Of a DNA stretch of 24,602 nt, positions 13,909-23,300 are shown one piece after another. Every line of letters starts with the position of its first letter. The stretch's first letter is position 1. The stretch lies in IMG/VR virus record IMGVR_UViG_3300029787_000013; one strand, given 5' to 3'. The notes below the pieces were generated by a model that did no database searches, was not told where the DNA came from, and saw nothing but the letters and a program-made list of their open reading frames with translations. Position numbers and translations under genes: made by a program. The DNA is from an uncultured virus (IMG/VR IMGVR_UViG_3300029787_000013) (lineage: Duplodnaviria; Heunggongvirae; Uroviricota; Caudoviricetes).

Positions 13909-16690
13909 AACTATTAATAAAGAAATCAGAGGCTCTGAAGGAATCGCTAAGCGAATCAATAAAGGAGCTGAAAAAATGGTTTTTGATATTTTACAATCTA
14001 CTCAATATTCTACACCTATTCCTTCAACCGTTAGAGAGTTAGTCACAAATGCATGTGATTCTCAACGTGAGAAAGAAATAGCAATAGAAATATTAAAAGG
14101 AGATAAAAAGATTGAAGACTATTACGTTAAAAGACATGGAGAAGCATATGAAGATAGTAATTTTGATCCTAGTTACTATGACTTAAATCATTTGGATCAG
14201 TACAATAACAAGGTTGATGTTTTATATGAACAAAGACCTGGTGTTGGATTTTGTGACACGTTTGCAGTAATTGATTATGGTGTAGGTATAGGAGAGAGAA
14301 GACTTGAAGGTGTTCTTGAGCTAGGATATTCTACCAAAAGAAATACTGCTGAAAATTTTGGAGCATTTGGTTTGGGCGCCAAGGTTGCATTGTCTACTGG
14401 TGTAGACTTTTATACTATTGAAACTATACATAATGGTATGAGATTTAAATGCAATTGTTATAATTATAAGACTGATTTTATTATACCTAAATTTGGTAAA
14501 AATGGAATTAATCCTCATATAACATTCTTAGATGGAACTAAAGTGTATTATGAAAAAACTACTAAGCAAAATTTTACTAAAATATCATTTGGTGTTAAGA
14601 AACACAATCGAAGTAAATTCTTTGACTCTATTGAAGAGCAACTAATTTATCTTGATAATGTTAATTGTAAAAGAGTTGATTATCTTGAAGATGGGTCTAT
14701 TGTCCGTGAGGAAGATGTAGATTTTCAAGCTAAAGTTTTACATAATTCAGAAAACTTAATTATTTCAGATAGTTATATATTTAATAGACCGCATATTGTG
14801 GTTGTTAGAGAAAAAGGAGCTAGTACTGGTATTAATTATGGGCACATAGATTTCCGTGAGTTAGAAATGGAGAGTCTATGGGGTGCTATTGCATTTAAAT
14901 GTCCTATTAGACAGAGTATGCATGATCCTGAAACTAATGAAGAGATAGTTATTCAAGAGGGTGTAGATGTTACTCCATCGAGAGAAAAAGTTATTTGGAA
15001 TGAAAAAACTAAAGCTTATGTCCAAGGTGTAATTAAAAGAGCTGCTGATGAAGCAAGTAAGATCATAGAAGAACAATTGCAAGAAAGCGATTATATTAAA
15101 TGGTTACATGCTTGTACTCAAGTTTTACATGATGCAGATAGTAATTCTACATTAGGAAGACTATCTAAAATTATAGATAAAACTGAGATAAAGCCCAAAT
15201 TTCCTGGTAATAAGAAACTTACTTTTCAAGCTCCTAAAACAGTGTTTAAACATTTAGATGTAAAAACACTTGTACAGGCGTATGATTATAAAGAAAAGAA
15301 AGATAAAATTGAAAGGAATGAATTAGATAAATGGGGAAATTGGAATCCAGAAGCTGTCTATCTTAAATCTACTATGGAAAGTTTTAATAGATTTAAAGAT
15401 ATGTATTTATTAGAATTGCATAGTGGTAAAGTAGTGGTTATAGATGAAGAAATGGATACTATTATACCAGATGCTATTACTAAGATGCAAAGCGGCCATG
15501 GAAAACAACAGGCTGTAGGTTTATTTAAGAATAGTCTTAATAAATCAAAACTTGTTTTTGATGCTATTAAAGCATCGCCAGAACTTAAAAGTTATGATGA
15601 TGTTGAAGTTCCTGAAGAATGGTTAGAAGCTCGTAAGACAGAAATAGCAGAGAAAGAAGAGTTAGCAAAATTTGATAATCTATCAGCTGCAGAGCGTAGA
15701 GAGATAGAAAAGAGAATGGTTGCTTATACTCTTAGGTTTGAAGAAAATCAAGAAAGATATGTTTGGGACAAAATTGAGCCTAAAACTAAAGATCTTATGT
15801 CTACTGAAAGAATCACTTATTATGGTACTAAAGAAGATGAATCACAGCTACAATTTGCAGCAATGACTTTATTTTGGCAAGCGCCTACTCAAAGAGATTT
15901 TTATCAAGAGCAAGATAATGATGATCGTGGGTGGAGACCTTTTAGTAATGCACATGAACCTGTATTCTTTTATGATCAAGCTCCTGTTAGATTTATGAAA
16001 ACTTGGGGATCTGAAAGTGGCGCTTATGAAAAATGGGCACAAACAGAAAATCTTAGAAATGAGGATATAACTCTTCCGCAATTGATTAGATTATCTGCAA
16101 AGTCAGTTAAGTTTGTTAAGCAAAATTCTAACTGTAAGCATATAAGTGAGTACTTTTTACAATTAAACGATAAAAATGAATATACTATGGACACACATTT
16201 AATAAGATGGTATACTGCTCGTAAATTAGATGAAATTAGAAACTATCGATTTATGACAGGACTAAAAGGAATTCATCCTGAACTATTTGAAAAATTCAAA
16301 AACTGTTTTGATATTAGAAACGATCATTATAATCAAAGATATGAGAGATCTAATCAATTAACTAGTGATGAATATAATGGAATTATATCACAAATAGATA
16401 AACTTGATGAGTTTCAAAGATTTTGCAAAGAAACGGATGATGAGAATCTTATTGCACAAAAAAGTAGAGAGCTTTTTGTTCTGGATATTCCAGGAGCAGA
16501 AGCTACAATACAAAGTGTAATAGATGATTATGAAGAAATCCAAGAATTTGGAGAAACTTTACAGCCTTTATTAAATGCAATACCAGACGTTCAAGATGAT
16601 CCTGATTTCACACCAGATGTGACACCAGAATTAGAAAAGGAACTACGTATATATTTAGAAGCTAAAGACAGATTAAAATGGGAAAAATAA
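13898..16690 (+). CDS. rIIA: rIIA-like protein with N-terminal GHKL (HATPase) domain
   Basis: GHKL motifs 'VRELVTNACDS', 'DYGVGI', 'YSTKR...FGAFGLGAK'; 'VDVTPSRE' is typical of rIIA; an rIIB-like gene lies two genes downstream. Confidence 0.85.
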   Translation: MSIKTINKEIRGSEGIAKRINKGAEKMVFDILQSTQYSTPIPSTVRELVTNACDSQREKEIAIEILKGDKKIEDYYVKRHGEAYEDSNFDPSYYDLNHLDQYNNKVDVLYEQRPGVGFCDTFAVIDYGVGIGERRLEGVLELGYSTKRNTAENFGAFGLGAKVALSTGVDFYTIETIHNGMRFKCNCYNYKTDFIIPKFGKNGINPHITFLDGTKVYYEKTTKQNFTKISFGVKKHNRSKFFDSIEEQLIYLDNVNCKRVDYLEDGSIVREEDVDFQAKVLHNSENLIISDSYIFNRPHIVVVREKGASTGINYGHIDFRELEMESLWGAIAFKCPIRQSMHDPETNEEIVIQEGVDVTPSREKVIWNEKTKAYVQGVIKRAADEASKIIEEQLQESDYIKWLHACTQVLHDADSNSTLGRLSKIIDKTEIKPKFPGNKKLTFQAPKTVFKHLDVKTLVQAYDYKEKKDKIERNELDKWGNWNPEAVYLKSTMESFNRFKDMYLLELHSGKVVVIDEEMDTIIPDAITKMQSGHGKQQAVGLFKNSLNKSKLVFDAIKASPELKSYDDVEVPEEWLEARKTEIAEKEELAKFDNLSAAERREIEKRMVAYTLRFEENQERYVWDKIEPKTKDLMSTERITYYGTKEDESQLQFAAMTLFWQAPTQRDFYQEQDNDDRGWRPFSNAHEPVFFYDQAPVRFMKTWGSESGAYEKWAQTENLRNEDITLPQLIRLSAKSVKFVKQNSNCKHISEYFLQLNDKNEYTMDTHLIRWYTARKLDEIRNYRFMTGLKGIHPELFEKFKNCFDIRNDHYNQRYERSNQLTSDEYNGIISQIDKLDEFQRFCKETDDENLIAQKSRELFVLDIPGAEATIQSVIDDYEEIQEFGETLQPLLNAIPDVQDDPDFTPDVTPELEKELRIYLEAKDRLKWEK

Positions 16691-17538
16691 CAAAAGACGT
16701 TAGAAAAACTTTTGTAATACGACCCTCTGGGAGATCTACAGATTATATATCTCCTAGTTTTGGTTATGGTTGCTTGTATGACTGTTCATACTGTTATATG
16801 AAGCGCCATAAACCTGATGGATTATCTATTGCAGTAAACCCACATGATATATTAACAGCTGTTAATGATCATGCTACGTTTGCTGTAGTAGATAAACCCA
16901 ATCAGACTCATGCTAAATATATTACCTATGATATTAGTTGCAACGAAGATTTTGCATTGCATGCTAAATATCATAAATGGGAATATATATTTGATTTTTT
17001 CAAAGAGCATGAACGAGCAATGGGTAGCTTTGCTACAAAGTACGTTAATCCAAATTTAATCAATTATGATCCGCAAGGAAAAATTAGAATAAGATTTAGT
17101 TTAATGCCTCAACATATGTCTGATTTACATGAGCCTCGTACCACACCTATTATTGATAGAATAAAAGCTATTGATGCATTTATAGATGCTGGATACGATG
17201 TACATGTAAATTATAGCCCTATTATAGTATATAAAGGATGGTTAGAAGACTATAAAGAAGTATTTAACATGATGAACGACTATATAGATTACAAAGAACA
17301 AGTATTAGCAGAATGTATTTTTCTAACACACGAAGAGAATAAACACTTAAAAAACTTACACAATAAACCATTAGCAGAGGAAGATTTATGGCAACCCAAG
17401 TTACAAGAGACAAAGAGATCTCAGTACGGAGGACTAAATATTAGATACAAGCTAAATTTAAAACGTAAGTTTATTAGAGAATTTGAACAGCTACATGGAG
17501 CTATGATTCCATGGAATAAAATTAGATATATTTTTTAA
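16678..17538 (+). CDS. splB: Spore photoproduct lyase-like radical SAM enzyme
   Basis: CxxxCxxC 'GCLYDCSYCYM'; 'YDISCNED', 'FATKY', 'RIRFSL', 'EPRTTPIIDRI', 'SPIIVYKGWLEDY', 'QYGG..IRY' and 'IRYIF' are colinear with Bacillus SplB motifs as recalled. Confidence 0.85.
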   Translation: MGKITKDVRKTFVIRPSGRSTDYISPSFGYGCLYDCSYCYMKRHKPDGLSIAVNPHDILTAVNDHATFAVVDKPNQTHAKYITYDISCNEDFALHAKYHKWEYIFDFFKEHERAMGSFATKYVNPNLINYDPQGKIRIRFSLMPQHMSDLHEPRTTPIIDRIKAIDAFIDAGYDVHVNYSPIIVYKGWLEDYKEVFNMMNDYIDYKEQVLAECIFLTHEENKHLKNLHNKPLAEEDLWQPKLQETKRSQYGGLNIRYKLNLKRKFIREFEQLHGAMIPWNKIRYIF

Positions 17539-17558
17539 TAATTAAAAACTAAAGTAAA

Positions 17559-18731
17559 ATGATTTCAATCAACGTTATTGACGACAAGATCTCAGGATCT
17601 TATGGGGATACCCCATTTTGTATAGACTTCGATGAGAAAGTTTATGCACAAATGCAAGAGTTAGCTAATATGGCTAACAAAGCAGAAACGGTTGAGGAAT
17701 ACGAAAGGTCTTTAAGATCTTTCGCTCCTCTAGCCGTGATGGATTACACAAAAACTGTAGAATCACAATGTGAATTTATTCATATAAATAAAGGAACAGG
17801 TGAATTCTTTTTAAAGCACAACGGTGTAGTTTCATCAATACCAATGCCTAAAGCATTAGTAGATAGAATATTTGAATCTATTGATAAAGGTGTTAGTTTT
17901 GACCCACTAGTTAAAATGTGGACTAGATGGTTAAGAAATACTATTCTTAGAAGAAAAACTGAAAAAGGTTTTGGAATGGATTTTTCTACACGATTTTTTA
18001 ATTTTGTAAACATGCAATATGTGCACCCTAAACTCAAAGAAGAGCTTATGGAAGAGCACGGTCTAAGTGAAGAAGCCGCTAGAAAAAGAGCGACGATGTA
18101 TCAAATGAAGATCACTAATGAAGGACTTTTAAATGGTTATAAAGTTTCTACTGAAATACTTGATAAGTATAATGCAGAAACTGGAGAAATAGAACCAAGA
18201 TATAAAAGAACCTTCAATCCTGATACAGGTGAAATTGATTCAGATGGTTTACCTGAAAATGTAGAAGATAGATTATTTCAACCTTCTGTAATGGGAAATG
18301 GTGGTAAAGCATTTTATTGTGAAGGACCAAATGGATACGGTGGAACCCCGCAACATTTTATTAAAGTTGGATGTACTCATAGACTAGCTAGTTGGGACGA
18401 CGTTAACACTAATGATACACGATCATGTGTTCCAGGTCTTCATGTAGGTGGTTTAAAGTATATCTCTTGGTACAGTGGTGAGATACACAATGTATTTATT
18501 GATCCTATGCATATTGGTGCAGTACCTGATGATGAAGATGGTGCGATCAGATGTTTGCAGTATTTTGTTCACTCATCTCTTGCAGGTGTAAATGGTTCTA
18601 TGTATCATAGTTCTAGTTATGCTGCGCAAACAGATGCAGAATGGGACTCAATGCGTGCAGAAGCTGTACAAGCTAAATCTGAATGTAAAGAAGCATGTGA
18701 TAAAGAAACAGCTGAATTAAATGCTTTATAA
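17559..18731 (+). CDS. rIIB: rIIB-like protein
   Basis: 'ITNEGLLNGYK' and C-terminal 'SCVPGLHVGGLKY...VFIDPMHIGAVP...GAIRCLQY' match the rIIB C-domain pattern (C..GLH...Y...V.P.D.V.VP....R...Y). Confidence 0.85.
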   Translation: MISINVIDDKISGSYGDTPFCIDFDEKVYAQMQELANMANKAETVEEYERSLRSFAPLAVMDYTKTVESQCEFIHINKGTGEFFLKHNGVVSSIPMPKALVDRIFESIDKGVSFDPLVKMWTRWLRNTILRRKTEKGFGMDFSTRFFNFVNMQYVHPKLKEELMEEHGLSEEAARKRATMYQMKITNEGLLNGYKVSTEILDKYNAETGEIEPRYKRTFNPDTGEIDSDGLPENVEDRLFQPSVMGNGGKAFYCEGPNGYGGTPQHFIKVGCTHRLASWDDVNTNDTRSCVPGLHVGGLKYISWYSGEIHNVFIDPMHIGAVPDDEDGAIRCLQYFVHSSLAGVNGSMYHSSSYAAQTDAEWDSMRAEAVQAKSECKEACDKETAELNAL

Positions 18732-19585
18732 TGTCAGATAAAGATAATAAGTCACTAGACGAACTCTGGGATGATAAGTCTAGTGACTCATCTTTATTTG
18801 GACCACTGCCATATGAAATAGAATTAATGTATGGAGAGCAATCTCCAGTTGCATTAATTGATGGCGACAGTTTATTATATTATGAAATGAATAAACCTAC
18901 ATTAGAGGAAGCTATTAAATCATTAGATGATAGAATAATAAATATGCTTGCATTTTGTGAAACTTGTAATTTTGTTGGATTCTTAACAATAGGTAAATGT
19001 TTTAGGTATGGCGCCGCAAAACAAAGACCTTATAAAGGTAATAGAAAAGGTGGCTCTAAACCGCCTATATTTTATGCTTTAAAAGAATATATACAACAAA
19101 CTTGGAAGTTCAGATATGTAAAAGGATTAGAAGCAGATGATTTAGTATGTTCTTATAAAACAGGTAATTCAATATTGTGTAGTCCCGACAAAGATGTACT
19201 ATTACAGTCTCAAGGGAGACATTTTAACTATGGTAAAAGTGAATTTGTTATAACTACACATAAAGATGCAGCACAGTTTTTATGGAAACAAATGTTAATG
19301 GGAGACTCTGGAGATGGCATACCAGGCATACCAAAAATAGGTCCCAAAACAGCAGAATTAATCATAAAAGACCAAGAAATAACAGACTTGCCACAAATCG
19401 TATTAAATAAATATATAGAAAAATTTGGAATATTAAAAGGAATTACTATCTTTGAAGAGACATTTAACCTGATCTACATTCTTAGATCTGCAGACGACGT
19501 ACTTCACAGAACAGGAATTCAACTTGAGGAGTTGAATCCAATTAATATTAACATTTTAAATAATTCTATAAATGGCAACAGTTAA
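18731..19585 (+). CDS. 5'-3' exonuclease / RNase H (FEN family, T7 gp6-like)
   Basis: 'ALIDGDSLLY', 'YKGNR', 'LEADD', 'SPDKDV', H3TH 'GDSGDGIPGIPKIGPKTA'. Confidence 0.92.
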   Translation: MSDKDNKSLDELWDDKSSDSSLFGPLPYEIELMYGEQSPVALIDGDSLLYYEMNKPTLEEAIKSLDDRIINMLAFCETCNFVGFLTIGKCFRYGAAKQRPYKGNRKGGSKPPIFYALKEYIQQTWKFRYVKGLEADDLVCSYKTGNSILCSPDKDVLLQSQGRHFNYGKSEFVITTHKDAAQFLWKQMLMGDSGDGIPGIPKIGPKTAELIIKDQEITDLPQIVLNKYIEKFGILKGITIFEETFNLIYILRSADDVLHRTGIQLEELNPININILNNSINGNS

Positions 19586-20321
19586 ATGTGATATACCTAG
19601 CTTCAATGTAGTTGGAGCTGGGCATATACGAATATCTGGTGGTACTAGTTTAATTAAACCACATTATTTTGAAAATGAACTACTATCATTAGAATTCACA
19701 AATGGTAAAGTAATATCTAAAGGAGAAAATCTTATAATTAAAAACAAATCGTATAAAATTAATTTAATACAAAAAACAAAACGTAAAGGTATCCTATTTT
19801 ATGATCTAAAAACATGTAATAGAAATAAAGCATGCTTATTTGTAACTCCTATGTTAGGAGGAAATAAATCATTGTGGTTTTATACTCAATCTTTAATAAA
19901 CACTTTTATAGGAATTAAAGATGATGTAGAAGATAAAATTATTTTATTATATAAAACATCTAGAGATCCATTATTTTTAAAGTTTTTAAATACAATTCAA
20001 AAATTTAAAGCTTTTGAAGAAGTGCGGGACCTAGATAAAGATCATTTAATAGTTATTTTTAATGTGCCTAAAAAACATAAAAAAGATTTTTTAAAATTTA
20101 AAAACGGTAAATATTCAGAAATGTCTCAATTATACAAAGTAAAAATATTAGAATATCATGAAATGTCAGTTGAAGGAATTATAGGACAAATATTGTTTAA
20201 ATCTAAAAAGCGTAAACGTAAATTAGAAAAAATGATTGGAATGGAATTGCCTGATGATGCAGAAGTGTATAGTATACCTAATCCTAAAACTGAATTGCTT
20301 AATACAAATTATTATTTATAG
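19572..20321 (+). CDS. Hypothetical protein (basic), last gene of the replication block
   Basis: 249-aa ORF overlapping the exonuclease stop. Confidence 0.75.
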   Translation: MATVKCDIPSFNVVGAGHIRISGGTSLIKPHYFENELLSLEFTNGKVISKGENLIIKNKSYKINLIQKTKRKGILFYDLKTCNRNKACLFVTPMLGGNKSLWFYTQSLINTFIGIKDDVEDKIILLYKTSRDPLFLKFLNTIQKFKAFEEVRDLDKDHLIVIFNVPKKHKKDFLKFKNGKYSEMSQLYKVKILEYHEMSVEGIIGQILFKSKKRKRKLEKMIGMELPDDAEVYSIPNPKTELLNTNYYL

Positions 20322-20357
20322 CATTAAGGCTGCTGTTAATAGCAGTGGCCTTTAATG
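20322..20357. terminator. Hairpin between convergent transcription units (probable bidirectional terminator)
   Basis: CATTAAGG-CTGCTG-TTAA-TAGCAG-TGG-CCTTTAATG inverted repeat spanning the 30-bp gap between two stop codons. Confidence 0.65.
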
Positions 20358-23300
20358 TTCCATTTGTTTGTATTGTGGATATATTTCAAAATATGAAACA
20401 AATGAGGCAAGCCCTGGAAGAAATTTAAATGTATAGTATCCTGGAGGAGTTTTATCAGGACTATCATCTTCTCCAAACATAGAGTCTGTAAGTTCATCCA
20501 AAGAATTATCTGCAAACTTAATAAATTGGCCTCCCATAGATATTAATGGAACACCTGTAGATCTAGGAGATCCTATAAATTCTCTCCAATCTATAAAGAA
20601 AGCAACTTCACGATAGATTCTATTTAAATATCTATGTAATTGTCTACCAGCCCAAGTTTCTCTTATATCAATATCTCCATCATCATCCCAATCTCCTCCA
20701 ATAGCCATAATTGATAACATCAATAATATCACAGCTCTTACTTCAGATAAAGCCGCCCTTATATTGGCTCTTTTCAATTCCAAAAACTTTTTGAATTCAA
20801 TTTCATATTCAGTATCTCCTTTTTGGATTAATCTTTTAGATCCCTCTTCACCTTTCATAAATTTTGCTTCCCCAAACCTATTTGCTAAAAACTTATTAAA
20901 TTGCCCCTCAGCTATTTCCTGCTTTATATTAAAATTTGGACCGTATCCAAATGTTACTATATCTAATCCTATTTTCATTATATCTGCTCCTACTTGTTTT
21001 GCAGTTAAATGAAATGCTATTTCTGCTTTTATCCCATCTTCTATAGTTTCAAATGCTTTTTCTTTCCCGACATTAGCAAATAAACTTTTCCATGTACCTT
21101 CATTATAATGATCCATTATATAATCATATCTTAAATTTCCATATCTTTCTAAAGCTAACCCAGGTAACCATGATCTGTAATGCATCATTAGTTTTCCAAA
21201 CATACCTGAATGAATTAACATCTTATCGTCTTGATCCATTGTACCTTTAACACTTGTAGATTGAGCTCTTACCTTAGCTTTAAAACTTCTATAATTATCA
21301 AACTCTTGTTTATTTTTTATATCAAGGCTAACACCTTTAACTTTTACTTTATATCTATCTTTTACAGAAGTCCTACTCCAATTTTTAACTTCTTCCATTT
21401 CTATAGTATCCAATAAAGAATCTGTTCCTTCAGGTAAATCCTGCATCCTTTCTAATTTTCCTGTTTCAGGATGAATTCCATAATTTTGTGCCATAGACAC
21501 AGCTAATAAAGCATCAAGTCTATTATCTGCCCTTGCTAAAAACTCGAACCATCTATCATGCTGCATATATTTAGCACGTTTTGATGTAGCTAATAAATCA
21601 CCACGCCTTTGTCTTAGATCAATTAAACTAAAATCAAAATATTCTATTATAGCTCTAACTTTAGGATCAAGAGACATTATCATTTTATAAGCTTTATTTA
21701 ATTGTTTTTGATTATAGAATAATCCTTTAGACGCTTGAATTCTTAATCCCGCTTTACCTGCACCATATGCACCAATAGCCACAGGAATTTTTAAACCTAA
21801 AGCTGTTATACTTGCAAAATTTTTCAGTGCTAAAATACTTTTATTTCTACTTACATTAGTTCCCCACATTAGAACATCTTTTGTGCTCATATTCCTTCCA
21901 TATATTTCCATATCTACAAACTCATTAAAAGTTTCAGCAGTTGTTGATTTTGGAATAACCTGCGCTCTTTGTAATGTTTCCATTACTAAATCTCCTTTTT
22001 TATCTAAAACCTGTTCTTGAACAATTTTATCGTTTAATAAAGCTTCTAATACAGAAATTTGAGGAATAGCTTCAACATTAAATTTATATTGATGGGCTGC
22101 TACAGCTATTAAATATAGATTCTTACCTAATTCTTTACTTTTTAAAGTTCTATCTATCTTACCTGTTTTTTTATTTATTAACTCTCGTACAAATAATCTA
22201 GGCACATGTCTAATATACTCACCGTTAGTATCTGTCATTTGAAGACTTAAATCATGTTCTCTTACTTGAAGTAGATCCATAACAGATTCTGACATTTTTG
22301 ATGCACTAAATCCATCTTGGACCCAAGTATCTATTACATCTTTATGTACATTTGCAATAAACCCCGATCCTAAATCTTTACCAAATATATGGCTAACTTT
22401 CCACATTAAATTTCTATGATAATCATAAAAGTTTCTTAATGCGGGCACAGCTTGAATTCTTTTATAGTCTTCAGATAGATACTCAGCAGCAGCTCCTGAG
22501 ATAGTAGCTAATCCTGTAGGTTTTAAATTTCTTGCATTTAACCATGCAGAGTCATGATTTTTAAGATCCCATCTTTTTTCCCAAGCTGTTTTCTTTCTTT
22601 CCTTTTCTCTTGTGCTTTGGTTTGTAGCCTCAATTGCACGAAAAGCATTAGCTTTCCATTTTTCATAAACTTTATTATATTTTTCTAAATCTATTTGATA
22701 GTATTTTTTAATCCACTGTATTCCTTCTCTTTTCCCTGCTTCATCAACACGCGCTTTATTTAAAGCTTTTTCTCTATCAACTCCAAACTCTGGTCTATAT
22801 TTAGAATGTAAACGCATTCGTTTTTGATCAATTAAAAAATCATACACATTGGGACCATAAACACCTTGAGTCGCTCCATATGTTGTTAGTTCTTGCTCTA
22901 GCTCTTCTATTTCTACTGCAAGATCTTTAGAAATTTTATTGATTTGAGTATGATTTGTATTTACAATATCATGCAAATATCTTATAAAAGGATTATTATG
23001 CCTTGCTAACGATACAAAGTTTTTAGTTACCCAGTCTGTTGGAGTGTTAAAAGATTCTAAACTAAGAATACCTCTACTTTTAGCTCGATCTTTAGCTCTA
23101 GTAAGTAACTGTTCTTGAATAGCACTTAAAGTACGGTTAACTCTAGATGTAACTTCTATTTCTTTTTTTAATGTATCATATCGTTTTTTATCATACTTTT
23201 CTAAAAAGTTCAAATATTCATTCTGCCCTAAATAAGTTTGGTAGTATTTTAAGTCTTTATAAGTTGCAACTAGTTCTGTATCATCTATAAACTTTGTATT

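Noticed and set aside
13898..16690. MORC/Hsp90-type defence ATPase interpretation
   Set aside because: The 'TPSRE' motif and the nearby rIIB-like gene fit rIIA better.
2999..17650. Scattered DnaA-box matches (2999-3007, 7091-7099, 17642-17650)
   Set aside because: They are isolated, inside coding sequence, and about as frequent as chance predicts at this base composition; they do not form an origin-like cluster.
1976..21416. Short antisense ORFs in the track (1976-2188, 5382-5630, 7322-7522, 7852-8040, 10297-10488, 10937-11140, 13647-13832, 14321-14518, 14876-15082, 15869-16081, 17780-18037, 20764-21012, 21231-21416)
   Set aside because: They lie opposite well-supported genes and have the I/L/F/S-rich composition of shadow frames, with no recognisable motifs.
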